From positions 464 to 64,463 of the forward strand of contig CACXPX010000014.1 in NCBI GenBank assembly GCA_902769705.1: DNA of 64,000 nt, in the 5' to 3' direction. Of the stretch, positions 11,858 to 21,355 are shown piece by piece. The notes under the pieces were generated by a model that worked only from the letters and a program-made list of their open reading frames with translations, ran no database searches and had not been told where the DNA came from. Source of the DNA: an uncultured Prevotellaceae bacterium (GTDB lineage Bacteria > Bacteroidota > Bacteroidia > Bacteroidales > Bacteroidaceae). Within the stretch, counting starts at the first letter, position 1, and every line of letters starts with the position of its first letter. Made by a program: the position numbers and the translations under genes.

Positions 11858-13207
11858 TTACATGTTCATCACAAACATGGCGGCAAGTCCAATCAACATA
11901 CCCACGAGCGACTTCCATCCCACATTGCGGAAATACCACCCCACATGCATGCGTTCAAGCTTCATCAAGGCAATGCCACTAAGCGAACCCACACACAGGA
12001 TGTTGCCACCCACACCGGATGCAAAGGCTATAATCTTCCAGTAAATGCCGTTCAACTCCACATGGTCAGCCAACTCGAAGAAGGTAATAGCTGTGGCAAA
12101 ATTGTCCAACACGGCACTCACGCAGCCTGCCACAAGTCCCATCAGCCACGTATCCTTGATATACACACCACTCTGCTGCACGAACCAATCCACAACTCCC
12201 GTCTCTCGCACAACTCCCATCAGCAGCATCATGCCCATCACAAAGAACATCATCTGCAACACACCATATTGCATGGCACCGGGAACCTTCCGCCGCAAGA
12301 GCTGGTCGGAATTGTAAAGCCGATGGTTGAATATCTCGTTCACAATCCACAACACTGCCAACACGCAGAGTGCTCCAATGAAGGGACTGAGTTTTGTGAT
12401 GCTATGGAACGATGGAATGAACCACAAACCACCAATGCCAACAAAGAGCATCAGCAGACGTTGCCACACATTCAGGCGGGTGTCATCACCACGATAGGGC
12501 ATCCTGATCCACTCGGTGTCACAACGCTCGGGCAACAGACGTCCAATCCACCATGTGGGCAACAGCCACGCAATGAGACACGGAACGAGCAAGGTCATCG
12601 AGAAATTGGTGGCTGTCACCGATTCTTGCGTCCACAGAAGAAGTCCCGCAGGGTCGCCAATAACCGTCAACGCTCCACCACAGTTGGCGGCAATCACGAT
12701 GGCAGAGCCGTAAATCATGCGCTGCCTTCGGTTACCAATCACCTTGTGCATGATGGTGAGCATCATGACTGTTGTGGAAAGGTTATCAAGGTTGATGGAG
12801 ATGAGGAATGTCACCAACGCCATCATCCACAACATTCTGCGACTGTTGCGTGTCTTGAGCAGATGCATCACGAAATCAAAGCATCCATTGTTGGCCAGCA
12901 CTTCCACGATGGTCATGGTAGCCAGCAGGAAGGTCACAATCTCAGAAGCACGACCCACATACTTCAAGAAAACATTCTGTGCTATGAACTCTTTGACTGT
13001 TGCGCTGCTCGTTGCCGCTCCGTTCATATAGGCTGCATATTCGTCAGGATGGAACTGTGTGACATAGTCAGCACCATAGGCAATATACAATATCCACGCC
13101 AACGTTCCCGCAAAAACCGCCGTAGCAGCCTTGTTCACGTTTGTGACATTCTCTGTTGCAATCAACAGATAAGAAAAAAGCAGTATGGCAACAATTATCA
13201 AAGTCAT
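11858..13207 (-). CDS. nhaD: NhaD-family Na+/H+ antiporter
   Basis: About 12 TM; LDNLST, ANCGGALTVIGDP, SAVLDN, GGNILCVGS motifs. Confidence 0.85.
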   Translation of the reverse strand: MTLIIVAILLFSYLLIATENVTNVNKAATAVFAGTLAWILYIAYGADYVTQFHPDEYAAYMNGAATSSATVKEFIAQNVFLKYVGRASEIVTFLLATMTIVEVLANNGCFDFVMHLLKTRNSRRMLWMMALVTFLISINLDNLSTTVMMLTIMHKVIGNRRQRMIYGSAIVIAANCGGALTVIGDPAGLLLWTQESVTATNFSMTLLVPCLIAWLLPTWWIGRLLPERCDTEWIRMPYRGDDTRLNVWQRLLMLFVGIGGLWFIPSFHSITKLSPFIGALCVLAVLWIVNEIFNHRLYNSDQLLRRKVPGAMQYGVLQMMFFVMGMMLLMGVVRETGVVDWFVQQSGVYIKDTWLMGLVAGCVSAVLDNFATAITFFELADHVELNGIYWKIIAFASGVGGNILCVGSLSGIALMKLERMHVGWYFRNVGWKSLVGMLIGLAAMFVMNM

Positions 13208-13236
13208 AATCAGTCGAACGTTGTGGGTTTATTTCG

Positions 13237-13244
13237 CAAAATTA
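13237..13244 (-). promoter_or_regulatory. -7 box upstream of nhaD-pfkA
   Basis: TAATTTTG on the minus strand, 30 nt before the nhaD ATG. Confidence 0.6.
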
Positions 13245-13269
13245 CGAAATAATCTTTAAAAAACAACTT

Positions 13270-14256
13270 TCAAAAGCGATTTTTTATGCTTCGCAACGCA
13301 AAATACAATTCTTCTTGCCATCTGAAAAGCCTCCACGAGAAGCGAATGGGGCAATATCCGAACTTGTAACGATTGCGGAAGGTGAGTCTTTTCACCTCGA
13401 TATCGGCCCACGCCTTCTTGATTTCAGCCAACCCAGTGGCAGCATCCTCACGGCCCAACGCCCGTCGGTTGTTGAAATAGAACATATACAAGTCGATGAC
13501 ATTCAGCCAACGCACATTTTCATAAATGTCCAGAATGCGGTTGTCCACCCCCAACTCCACCAACTGGCTTTTCATGCTCTTGTTGGCCCGCAGATAATCA
13601 AACCTCCGCACACTCACCTGATGTGTGGTCGACCCATCATGCTGGCGATAGTGATAAACTCCGTCACAACGCCCAACTCCACGCGAGGAGAGATAATGCA
13701 GACGAGTGGTGTTGTCGTCACTATACGAACGTGAGCTGTCATCATAAGGAAAGCGTTGGTGGATGGATGTGCGGGTCATGTAGACACCATGAATCTTCCA
13801 CGTCAGCGAGGCTTCGAAAGCATCTGTACCCTTCATCGGGAAAGTGGTGTCCATCGGATAGTGACGGATGGCATTTCCTTGTTCGTCGGTGAATAGCACA
13901 TCAAACAACACACAATCCAACTCTTCGTTAGCACGGAAAACATCCATAGCTGATTGCAAGGCATCAGGTGAAAGCCAGTCGTCGCTGTCAAGAAAACAAG
14001 TGTATTCACCCTTAGCCCTTTCAAGAGCAATGTTACGTGCCCGTGCCTGACCTACATTCTCTTCTAAGGAGATGACCTCAAACCGTGAATCTGTTGCGGC
14101 ATAAGAGCGGAGTATGGACAAGGAGCCGTCGGTAGAAGCGTCGTCCACACAAATGGCTTGGAAGTCGTCAAAAGACTGTTCCTTCAACGAGTCCAGACAT
14201 TGATGCAGAAACTGTTCGGCATTATAGACAGCAATGAGAATTGTTACCGTTGCCAT
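13270..14256 (-). CDS. GT2 glycosyltransferase (probable start 14256, overlapping the flippase stop)
   Basis: MATVTILIAVYNAE, VDDASTD, FLDSDD. Confidence 0.92.
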   Translation of the reverse strand: MATVTILIAVYNAEQFLHQCLDSLKEQSFDDFQAICVDDASTDGSLSILRSYAATDSRFEVISLEENVGQARARNIALERAKGEYTCFLDSDDWLSPDALQSAMDVFRANEELDCVLFDVLFTDEQGNAIRHYPMDTTFPMKGTDAFEASLTWKIHGVYMTRTSIHQRFPYDDSSRSYSDDNTTRLHYLSSRGVGRCDGVYHYRQHDGSTTHQVSVRRFDYLRANKSMKSQLVELGVDNRILDIYENVRWLNVIDLYMFYFNNRRALGREDAATGLAEIKKAWADIEVKRLTFRNRYKFGYCPIRFSWRLFRWQEELYFALRSIKNRF

Positions 14257-15737
14257 CGCTCCCTCCATTTCTTTTTCAGCGAATCCCACAAACGGGCTTT
14301 CGTGTGGAGTACTTGCAACGATATGCACAGGCTCAACACAACAAGCAGCATTCCTGCCACCCAATACATCCAATTCACCTCCAGACAAGTGGCCAGATAG
14401 GCACCTGCCAGCAAAGGCAGATGCATGAGGGCATACTTGACCACAGTGCCCGACAACACATAATTATATTTATAGCGCATGTAGATGAGCACCATGCAGA
14501 GGTTCATCACACCTGCCACCACCAAGGCCACACCCGTTCCGGTGAGTCCCCACAGGCGGAAACAAGCTATCACCAAGCCCACCACCATGATGTCGTAGAG
14601 CGTCTCCATGAGCAGGAACGAACCTGAGTCACCCCTGGCAAGCGGCAGATACTCGATGGGAAGCGTGATGGCGCGGATAAACATGGCAAACACCAGCACC
14701 TGAGCCATTCCCACAACGCCCATGAAAGCCTTGCTGTAGAGCAGCGGCACAAGAATGGGAAGCCCCACCATGAACGCCATCAGCATGGGCGACAGCAACA
14801 GGATGGACACTTCTATCTGCTTGTTCACCGTCTCATTCAGACGCGCCCCTAGTTCGTTGACTGCCGAAAGGCGTGGGAAGTAGTCGGTTTCCATAGCCGA
14901 GAACACCAATCCACCATAGGTCATCGTCATCATGTATCCGGCGTTGAACATGCCCACAATATCCAGCGAACCGGCATTGTTCAGGTAGGAACGCACAATG
15001 AAGTCGACACCACTGCCGAAAATTCCTGCCACCACAAACGCCACACCCAGCTTCACCATGCTCACACCCTCGCCCAAGAGCGGACGGGCAAACGAGATGT
15101 GCAAGGGGAACTGGCGGTAAGAACAATAGATGGTGAGCAACATCTGCACCAAGGCGACGAAAAACAGTGAGGGGATGATGGCGCGCTCGCCCCACAGGTA
15201 AATCAGGGGAACGGTAATCACCAGCGAAGCCAGCATGTTGTAAACCGACAAGGCTGCCAAATGATGCAACTGGCGCACACCTTTCAGCACAGCCAGCTCT
15301 CCACCCGTAACAGCCATCAGGGCGATAATGGGCGAAAGCATGGCATAGTGGAGCGTGTGGTTTCCCCAGTCGAACGACCATCTGTCCAACCAAGGGCTCA
15401 GCAGCAGACACAGCAACATGCCCAGCAAAGCCGTGATGACACTCCACGAACGGATGAGCTTCACCGTGTGGTTGAGCCTTTCTTGGTCGCCATTCTCGTA
15501 AGCGTCCGAAATCTCACGCACAGCACTCACGGGCAATCCCAGATTGGTGGACTCGCTCACCAGCTTGATGGTGGAGTTGAACAAGGCCAAAAGTCCCATT
15601 CCCTCGGGGCCGAGCAACAGGGCAACAAACTTGGTGCGCACAATTCCCACCAAAATGTTGAGACCTTGCACGCCGCCAAAGAGTCCTGTATATTTCAGAA
15701 TATGCGAATAGCTATCCTGTCGCTCTTCTTTTTTCAT
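14244..15737 (-). CDS. wzx: Wzx-type oligosaccharide flippase
   Basis: About 13 TM; ALLLGPEGMGL, ETDYFPRLS; within a GT cluster. Confidence 0.88.
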   Translation of the reverse strand: MKKEERQDSYSHILKYTGLFGGVQGLNILVGIVRTKFVALLLGPEGMGLLALFNSTIKLVSESTNLGLPVSAVREISDAYENGDQERLNHTVKLIRSWSVITALLGMLLCLLLSPWLDRWSFDWGNHTLHYAMLSPIIALMAVTGGELAVLKGVRQLHHLAALSVYNMLASLVITVPLIYLWGERAIIPSLFFVALVQMLLTIYCSYRQFPLHISFARPLLGEGVSMVKLGVAFVVAGIFGSGVDFIVRSYLNNAGSLDIVGMFNAGYMMTMTYGGLVFSAMETDYFPRLSAVNELGARLNETVNKQIEVSILLLSPMLMAFMVGLPILVPLLYSKAFMGVVGMAQVLVFAMFIRAITLPIEYLPLARGDSGSFLLMETLYDIMVVGLVIACFRLWGLTGTGVALVVAGVMNLCMVLIYMRYKYNYVLSGTVVKYALMHLPLLAGAYLATCLEVNWMYWVAGMLLVVLSLCISLQVLHTKARLWDSLKKKWRERWQR

Positions 15738-15835
15738 GTCCGTTTATACAACGAAAAATATTTAATAATATTATAAAAAATGCTACTTAAATGTGTTTTC
15801 GTTCACGCCATACACGCGTTTTCGGTTTTTATTTC

Positions 15836-15843
15836 TATCTTTG
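15836..15843 (+). promoter_or_regulatory. -7 box 4 nt before the GT2 ATG (leaderless-like)
   Basis: TATCTTTG-ccgt-ATG. Confidence 0.65.
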
Positions 15844-15847
15844 CCGT

Positions 15848-16780
15848 ATGAAACTCTCGATTGTCATACCCGTCTATCGTGTGGAAAGGACTTTGGACCG
15901 GTGCGTGGAAAGCGTCATCAGCCAGTCTTTCCGCGACATTCAGGTCATCCTTGTCGATGACGGCTCACCTGACGACTGCCCTCAGATGTGCGACGAGTGG
16001 GCAGAGAGAGACCCGCGCATAGAGGTCATCCACAAAAGGAATGGCGGACTCAGCGATGCACGAAATTATGGCATCTACCAGGCAACAGGCGAGTACATCA
16101 CCTTTGTCGACAGCGATGACAATTTGTCCTACGACCATACACTCGCCCAGCTGATGGACCTCCTTGACCAACATCCCGAATACGACATCCTTGAATATCC
16201 CATCATCGAACACAAAGGGCACCTTACCAAGCAACGCCATCTGGGCTTCTCTTTTCGCGAATATAAGGATATGAGGACTTATTGGTACAAAACGAAAGCC
16301 TACCAGCACACCTACGCCTGCAACAAAATCTATCGCCGGCAACTGTTCGACAAGGTTTCGTTCCCCTACGGCCGCAAGTTCGAGGATGTCTTCACGTTGC
16401 CTCGGCTGTTGGAGCATTGCCACGTGGTGGCGACCACCCCCTATGGGCTCTACATCTATCGCTACAACCCGCAGGGAATCACCGAGTGTGCCGATGGGAA
16501 AGCGTTGTCAGATCTGCTCGACGCCCACCTCTCCATCCTCTCCAACGGAGGCCGGCTGCTGCCCATAGACTACGAATACTATGCCCACATTCTGAACATT
16601 GCGCTCGACGTGTATGAAGCCACAGGCTCTGTCCCCTCGTTGCCCATGCCACGCAAGCCTCTTGTCGACACCACCACAGATGGCAAAAACATCAAAATAC
16701 GACTGCTGGGCATCATCGGACTCAAGAACCTCTGCCGGCTGAACAAAGCACTTCATTCCCTCATGATATGGAGAAAATAA
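15848..16780 (+). CDS. GT2 glycosyltransferase
   Basis: MKLSIVIPVY, LVDDGSPD, NGGLSDARN, FVDSDD, FEDV. Confidence 0.93.
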   Translation: MKLSIVIPVYRVERTLDRCVESVISQSFRDIQVILVDDGSPDDCPQMCDEWAERDPRIEVIHKRNGGLSDARNYGIYQATGEYITFVDSDDNLSYDHTLAQLMDLLDQHPEYDILEYPIIEHKGHLTKQRHLGFSFREYKDMRTYWYKTKAYQHTYACNKIYRRQLFDKVSFPYGRKFEDVFTLPRLLEHCHVVATTPYGLYIYRYNPQGITECADGKALSDLLDAHLSILSNGGRLLPIDYEYYAHILNIALDVYEATGSVPSLPMPRKPLVDTTTDGKNIKIRLLGIIGLKNLCRLNKALHSLMIWRK

Positions 16781-17721
16781 GTTTCATCATCACCGCCTAC
16801 AACATTCAGCCCTCCATGCTGAAAGCGTGCATAGAGAGCGTGCTGGCCCTGAACCTCGACAACGAGCTGCGGGAAATCTTGCTCATCGACGATGGCAGCC
16901 ACAGCAGTCCCCTGCCCCATCTCGGTTCCCTGGCCGATGAGATTGTCTACATCCGCCAGCAAAACCAAGGCATCAGCGAGGCACGAAACACAGGACTAAG
17001 GGCGGCAACAGGACAATACATACAGTTCATCGATGGCGACGACCATCTGATGCCTGCCGCATACAAGCATTGCCTGGACATCGTGGGAAAACATTCGCCC
17101 GATGCCATCGCCTTCGAACTGACCACCAACGACAACGACTCACCATCCGACATCACAGCCACAGGGCCCACCGAAGGCTGCCAATATCTGCTGAAGAACA
17201 ATGTGCATGGCTCCATTTGCACCTACCTCTTCAAGAAGTCGGCAGCAGCCAACCTCACCTTCACCCGAGGCATCACCTATGGAGAAGATGAGGAGTTCAC
17301 CCCACAGCTGATTCTGCGGGCCGACACCCTCTACACCACCGACGCCAAGGCCTACTTCTATCGCCAGCACCCCTCGTCGGCCACACACCAGAAAGATGAG
17401 GAGAACATCAGGAAACGACTCGACGACAACCTGACAGTCATCCTGCATCTCAACAAAATCTCCGACACCCTGCCCACGGCTGAACGCGAAGCCCTGAAAC
17501 GCCGTGTTGCACAACTCACCATGGACTTCATCTACAACGCCATCACCATGACGCGAAACCCCGAGAAAGTGGAGCAATACATCGACCAACTCTATGCCGA
17601 AGGACTCTTCCCGTTGCCACAACGCGACTACACCAAGAAGTACAAATACTTCCGCATGATGACACAAACCAAAACAGGCAGAAAAATCCTCTGCCACACA
17701 CTTCCACGACTGAAAGGATGA
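16768..17721 (+). CDS. GT2 glycosyltransferase
   Basis: ISFIITAYN, LIDDGS, NQGISEARN, FIDGDD, GEDEEF. Confidence 0.93.
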   Translation: MEKISFIITAYNIQPSMLKACIESVLALNLDNELREILLIDDGSHSSPLPHLGSLADEIVYIRQQNQGISEARNTGLRAATGQYIQFIDGDDHLMPAAYKHCLDIVGKHSPDAIAFELTTNDNDSPSDITATGPTEGCQYLLKNNVHGSICTYLFKKSAAANLTFTRGITYGEDEEFTPQLILRADTLYTTDAKAYFYRQHPSSATHQKDEENIRKRLDDNLTVILHLNKISDTLPTAEREALKRRVAQLTMDFIYNAITMTRNPEKVEQYIDQLYAEGLFPLPQRDYTKKYKYFRMMTQTKTGRKILCHTLPRLKG

Positions 17722-17753
17722 AAAATGAAAAATGAAAAATGAAAGATGAACCA
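17719..17753. repeat. Heptamer tandem repeat (TGAAAAA)n starting at the GT2 stop codon
   Basis: tgaaaaa x3, tgaaaga, tgaacca. Confidence 0.85.
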
Positions 17754-17827
17754 ATGGTCGCTGGCCGCAGGAAACCAACGGTCGCTGTCGCGTAGCGGGG
17801 AAAGTATAAGCAAAGATTAATTGTCAA

Positions 17828-19024
17828 ATGAAAATATTGTTATTAGGCGAATACAGCAACGTGCATTGGACGCTCGCCGAAGGGCTCCGCAAGTTGGGAC
17901 ACCAGGTCACCGTGCTCTCCAATGGCGACTTCTGGAAAGACTACCCGCGCGACATCAACCTCGTGCGCACACCCGGCAAATGGGGTGGCATCCGCTACAT
18001 GGCTCGCCTCTACAGCCTTCTGCCCCGCCTGCGAGGCTACGATGTTGTGCAACTCATCAACCCCATGTTCCTCGAGATCAAGGCTGAGCGCATCTTCCCC
18101 ATCTACCGCTACCTGCGCCGCCACAACGGCAAGATGGTGATGGGAGGATTCGGCATGGACTACTATTGGGTGTCCACCTGCTGCAACGAAAAGCCTCTGC
18201 GATATAGCGACTTCAACATCGGCGACAAACTGCGCACCGACGAGGATGCACTACGTGAACGCCGCGATTGGCTGGGCACCAAGAAGGAAGAACTCAACCG
18301 CTTCATAGCCGAAGATTGCGATGCCATCGTCACAGGACTCTACGAATACCAGGTGTGCTACCAGCCCCACTTCCCTGAGAAAACCACGTTTATTCCGTAT
18401 CCGATAAAACTAGAGGAGAAAAGCCTCTCCCCCGCCCCCTCCCCCGTAGGGAGGGGAGATTCGAGCAACGAGGATTCTCAAGCTGCCAGCAAATCTCATT
18501 CCACACTCCACATTCCACATTCCACAACTTCCCCCTCGGGGGATAAGAGGGGGGCCCTTTCCCTCTTCATCGGCATCAACCGCTCTCGCTCTGTATACAA
18601 GGGTACCGACATCATGCTGCGAGCAGCACAAGCCATCAAAGCGCAATATCCCGACCGTGTGGACCTCCAGATAGCCGAGAGTGTTCCTTTCGCCCAATAC
18701 CAGCAGATGCTCAATGGAGCCGATGCCATCCTCGACCAGCTCTACAGCTACACGCCCTCCATGAACCCCCTGATGGCCATGTCGAAGGGCATCATCTGCA
18801 TCGGAGGTGGCGAGCCTGAGAACTACGAGATTCTGGGCGAGACCGAGCTGCGTCCCATCATCAACGTGCAACCCACCTACGAGAGTGTCTACCATGAACT
18901 CGAACAACTCGTCCTTCACCCCGAACGCATCCCTGAACTCAAACGACAAAGCATCGAGTACATCCGCCGCCACCACGAATACCTGAAAGTGGCGCGGCAA
19001 TACGAAAAAGTGTATAAGAGGTAA
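17828..19024 (+). CDS. GT-B fold (GT4-like) glycosyltransferase carrying an in-frame repeat-derived insertion
   Basis: MKILLLGEYSNVH, KGTDIM, DQLYSYTPSMNPLMAM; low-complexity insert KSLSPAPSPVGRG...SPSGDKRGA. Confidence 0.9.
   Translation: MKILLLGEYSNVHWTLAEGLRKLGHQVTVLSNGDFWKDYPRDINLVRTPGKWGGIRYMARLYSLLPRLRGYDVVQLINPMFLEIKAERIFPIYRYLRRHNGKMVMGGFGMDYYWVSTCCNEKPLRYSDFNIGDKLRTDEDALRERRDWLGTKKEELNRFIAEDCDAIVTGLYEYQVCYQPHFPEKTTFIPYPIKLEEKSLSPAPSPVGRGDSSNEDSQAASKSHSTLHIPHSTTSPSGDKRGALSLFIGINRSRSVYKGTDIMLRAAQAIKAQYPDRVDLQIAESVPFAQYQQMLNGADAILDQLYSYTPSMNPLMAMSKGIICIGGGEPENYEILGETELRPIINVQPTYESVYHELEQLVLHPERIPELKRQSIEYIRRHHEYLKVARQYEKVYKR
18421..18557. repeat. Composite repeat inside the CDS: REP copy, (CATTCCA)x4, second GC hairpin
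   Basis: 18421-18458 matches 3241-3278; heptamers 18497-18524; CCCCTC/GAGGGG hairpin within 18529-18557. Confidence 0.85.
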
Positions 19025-19032
19025 GAGGGGCT

Positions 19033-20241
19033 CTACGGCCACGAGTCGCTAAGCTTCTCGAACAACTCGGGCACATACACAGGATTGACATTCCTCATCC
19101 CCACTCTTACCATAATCAGGTTTTTGTACGGATTCACATAAAGCACCTGAGCACAGATGCCCACGGCATAGTAGCCGGGAGTCTCAGACTTGGCGCCCCC
19201 ATAGTTGCTGGAGTTATACCAATTGAAGTGATAGCCTTTGTTGCTCGAGTCGTATTCCGTTGACCGTCGTATCCAGTCCTCGCTCACAATGCGTTTCCCG
19301 TTCCACATGCCACGATTCAAATACAGGCGGCCTATCTTGGCAAGGTCCTTCATCGTGAGGGTCATTCCCCCGAAGGTGTGAGCCACCCCATGCCTGCGGC
19401 TGTCGACATTAATGAGTGCCGGCGACTCCATCTGCAGAGGCTTCCACACCTTCTCGCTCAGGTAATCGGCAAAGCGCTTGTTCGAAGCCCTTTCTATCAC
19501 CACGCCCAAAATCTGCGAAGTCATACTCTCGTAGCGATACTCCTTTCCCGGCTCACAACGGAATTTCAGCCCCCGTATCTGCCTCATCACGTTATGCCCG
19601 TAGTTCAGCTTGGCAATGGCCACTAGCCTGTTGAGACTCTTCAGACTCAGGTAATACGTGTCGTCGAAATCCAGTCCGCTTTGCATGTCCAGCAAATGCC
19701 GTATGGTGAGTTTCTGCCACATGGGGTCTTTCTTTTTCAGCTCCGGCAGATATTCCGTCACAGCATCATCAATGCTCCGTATATAGCCATCGTCGACAGC
19801 TATTCCACACATCAGAGAAGTGATGGACTTGGAAACGGAGAACACGGTCGCCAAGCGGTCTGAAGAGACATCGCCCCAATATTTCTCATAGACGATGCTG
19901 TCGTTTTCGATGATCAGCACGCCCTGGTTCCTGCAGGTTTTCAACGCCTCCGCGAGGGTGATGTTCCTGCAATAATCGCCCTGAGTGTAGAAGTGCAAAG
20001 TGTCAATCCAATCAGCCTTCTGCGTGGCCACAGGAAACTGGAACGTCTCGTTGCCGTTGGCAATGGCCACATGAGGGTGGCGCTCGAAACTATAGATGCC
20101 CGGTCCGTTCTTGCCGTCAGCCATATACCCCCTCACCACGGCACACGACACCGCGACCATGCTGAAAATCCCGATGGCAAGCACCCGAATGACACTCCTC
20201 ATTCCCTCGCTCACCTTGCTCTTGTTGATAGTTCTGTCCAT
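19033..20241 (-). CDS. Serine hydrolase, beta-lactamase/class C-like family, probable lipoprotein
   Basis: FSVSKS (SxxK), LTIRHLLDMQSG, YESMT, LAKIGRLYLNRG; lipobox VAVSC. Confidence 0.88.
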   Translation of the reverse strand: MDRTINKSKVSEGMRSVIRVLAIGIFSMVAVSCAVVRGYMADGKNGPGIYSFERHPHVAIANGNETFQFPVATQKADWIDTLHFYTQGDYCRNITLAEALKTCRNQGVLIIENDSIVYEKYWGDVSSDRLATVFSVSKSITSLMCGIAVDDGYIRSIDDAVTEYLPELKKKDPMWQKLTIRHLLDMQSGLDFDDTYYLSLKSLNRLVAIAKLNYGHNVMRQIRGLKFRCEPGKEYRYESMTSQILGVVIERASNKRFADYLSEKVWKPLQMESPALINVDSRRHGVAHTFGGMTLTMKDLAKIGRLYLNRGMWNGKRIVSEDWIRRSTEYDSSNKGYHFNWYNSSNYGGAKSETPGYYAVGICAQVLYVNPYKNLIMVRVGMRNVNPVYVPELFEKLSDSWP

Positions 20242-20311
20242 GTTAGTTAGAGAAATTGAACGCACGCATCGCCCTACCCTTTCCTGTTCACGATAGCGTG
20301 TCTAATTGGAT

Positions 20312-20319
20312 GCAAAGAT
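20312..20319 (-). promoter_or_regulatory. -7 box upstream of the serine hydrolase
   Basis: TATCTTTG on the minus strand. Confidence 0.6.
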
Positions 20320-20373
20320 AATGAAAATCTCGAAAACCGCCACCTCTTTTTCAGAAAAACTACAAACTGAAAC

Positions 20374-20412
20374 AAACGGCCACCAACTCTCCCGAGTCAG
20401 TGGCCCGTTTTT
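20374..20412. terminator. Bidirectional terminator after the restriction operon
   Basis: AAACGGCCAC/GTGGCCCGTTT stem with T-rich tails on both strands. Confidence 0.75.
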
Positions 20413-20442
20413 GTTGTTTGGGAGTTTATAAGGAGGTTAGTC

Positions 20443-21342
20443 CTACTCATTATTACCCAAGAAAGAAATACGCTTCAGGGGTAGCATATTCTTGTCTTCG
20501 TCAGACATCTTGTCGTAATACACCTGCCACATCTCGATGAACTCATCGCCATCAATCAGGCGGATGAATTTGTCACCACTCGATGCTGCATGTTTGGCAT
20601 CTGCCGAATAAGTGCCACTGGTGACAAACAATGCGATATCACCAGCCTTCAGCACACCAGACAAAGCACGAACCTCCGCTGCTCCAATAGCCGTGTCTGG
20701 CTTATGTTTCACCTGAACCTTGATACGCGGAGTTTGAGCACCCAACGGGTCTAAATAAGCAATAATATCTACACCACCATCCTTGCCTTTGGGAGCAACA
20801 AAAGGTGTGTGATATTTCATAGCTCTCAGCAAAGCTGCCACCATGTCTTGAAATTCGTATGGACTTTTCGAAACAATGAAGCTCTTGATGCCTTCGCGTG
20901 CATCAGACTCTAATAGGTCAAGATTCATTGAGTTATCCTTCTCGGCTGTCTCATCGTTAGGTTCCTTTCCAGGAGTCTCCTCCTTGGGGTTCAGCAACCG
21001 CCATTCATTGTAGGCAGCGTTGGCAATGTTCATCACCTCTTCAGGGGATTTCTTCAAAGCCTTTTCTCCTTCAGGTGTAATATACCAAGTGCCTTTTTTC
21101 TTAATGATGAACCCTGCCTTCTGATAATCAATGGAATAGAACTGGAAACTATTTGTCCAACGGATATACTGCATCTTTCCAGCCTTCTCGCGTTCCCAAT
21201 CTGTGAGTTTCACGTTTTCATTTACGAAGGGGTATAGTTCTTTGGCAGGCATACTGCCACCGCGACGACTCATTTCCGTCATCACCGCATACAACGTTTT
21301 CGTTGCACAGGCTTTTGTTCTGCTGAATTGTTCCTTTGCCAT
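20443..21342 (-). CDS. mrr: Mrr-like restriction endonuclease (N-terminal wHTH plus Mrr catalytic domain)
   Basis: SPYEFQDMVAALL, DGGVDIIAY, VQVKH, VTSGTYS, IRLIDG. Confidence 0.88.
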   Translation of the reverse strand: MAKEQFSRTKACATKTLYAVMTEMSRRGGSMPAKELYPFVNENVKLTDWEREKAGKMQYIRWTNSFQFYSIDYQKAGFIIKKKGTWYITPEGEKALKKSPEEVMNIANAAYNEWRLLNPKEETPGKEPNDETAEKDNSMNLDLLESDAREGIKSFIVSKSPYEFQDMVAALLRAMKYHTPFVAPKGKDGGVDIIAYLDPLGAQTPRIKVQVKHKPDTAIGAAEVRALSGVLKAGDIALFVTSGTYSADAKHAASSGDKFIRLIDGDEFIEMWQVYYDKMSDEDKNMLPLKRISFLGNNE

Positions 21343-21355
21343 ATCTTTTTGTTCT

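Noticed and set aside
11945-13252. Long opposite-strand ORFs (also 4740-5870, 39210-40307, 50595-51575, 54673-55911 and others)
   Set aside because: They fully overlap motif-bearing genes in antisense and are shadows of strong codon bias, with no motifs of their own.
17751-17792. CCAAYGGTCGCTG repeated at 24-bp spacing after the heptamer run
   Set aside because: Only two short degenerate copies, with no other instance seen in the window.
19033-20241. Antibiotic-resistance beta-lactamase
   Set aside because: It has SxxK but YxS rather than YxN and no clear KTG, matching the broad esterase/amidase serine hydrolase family. Resistance is not supported.
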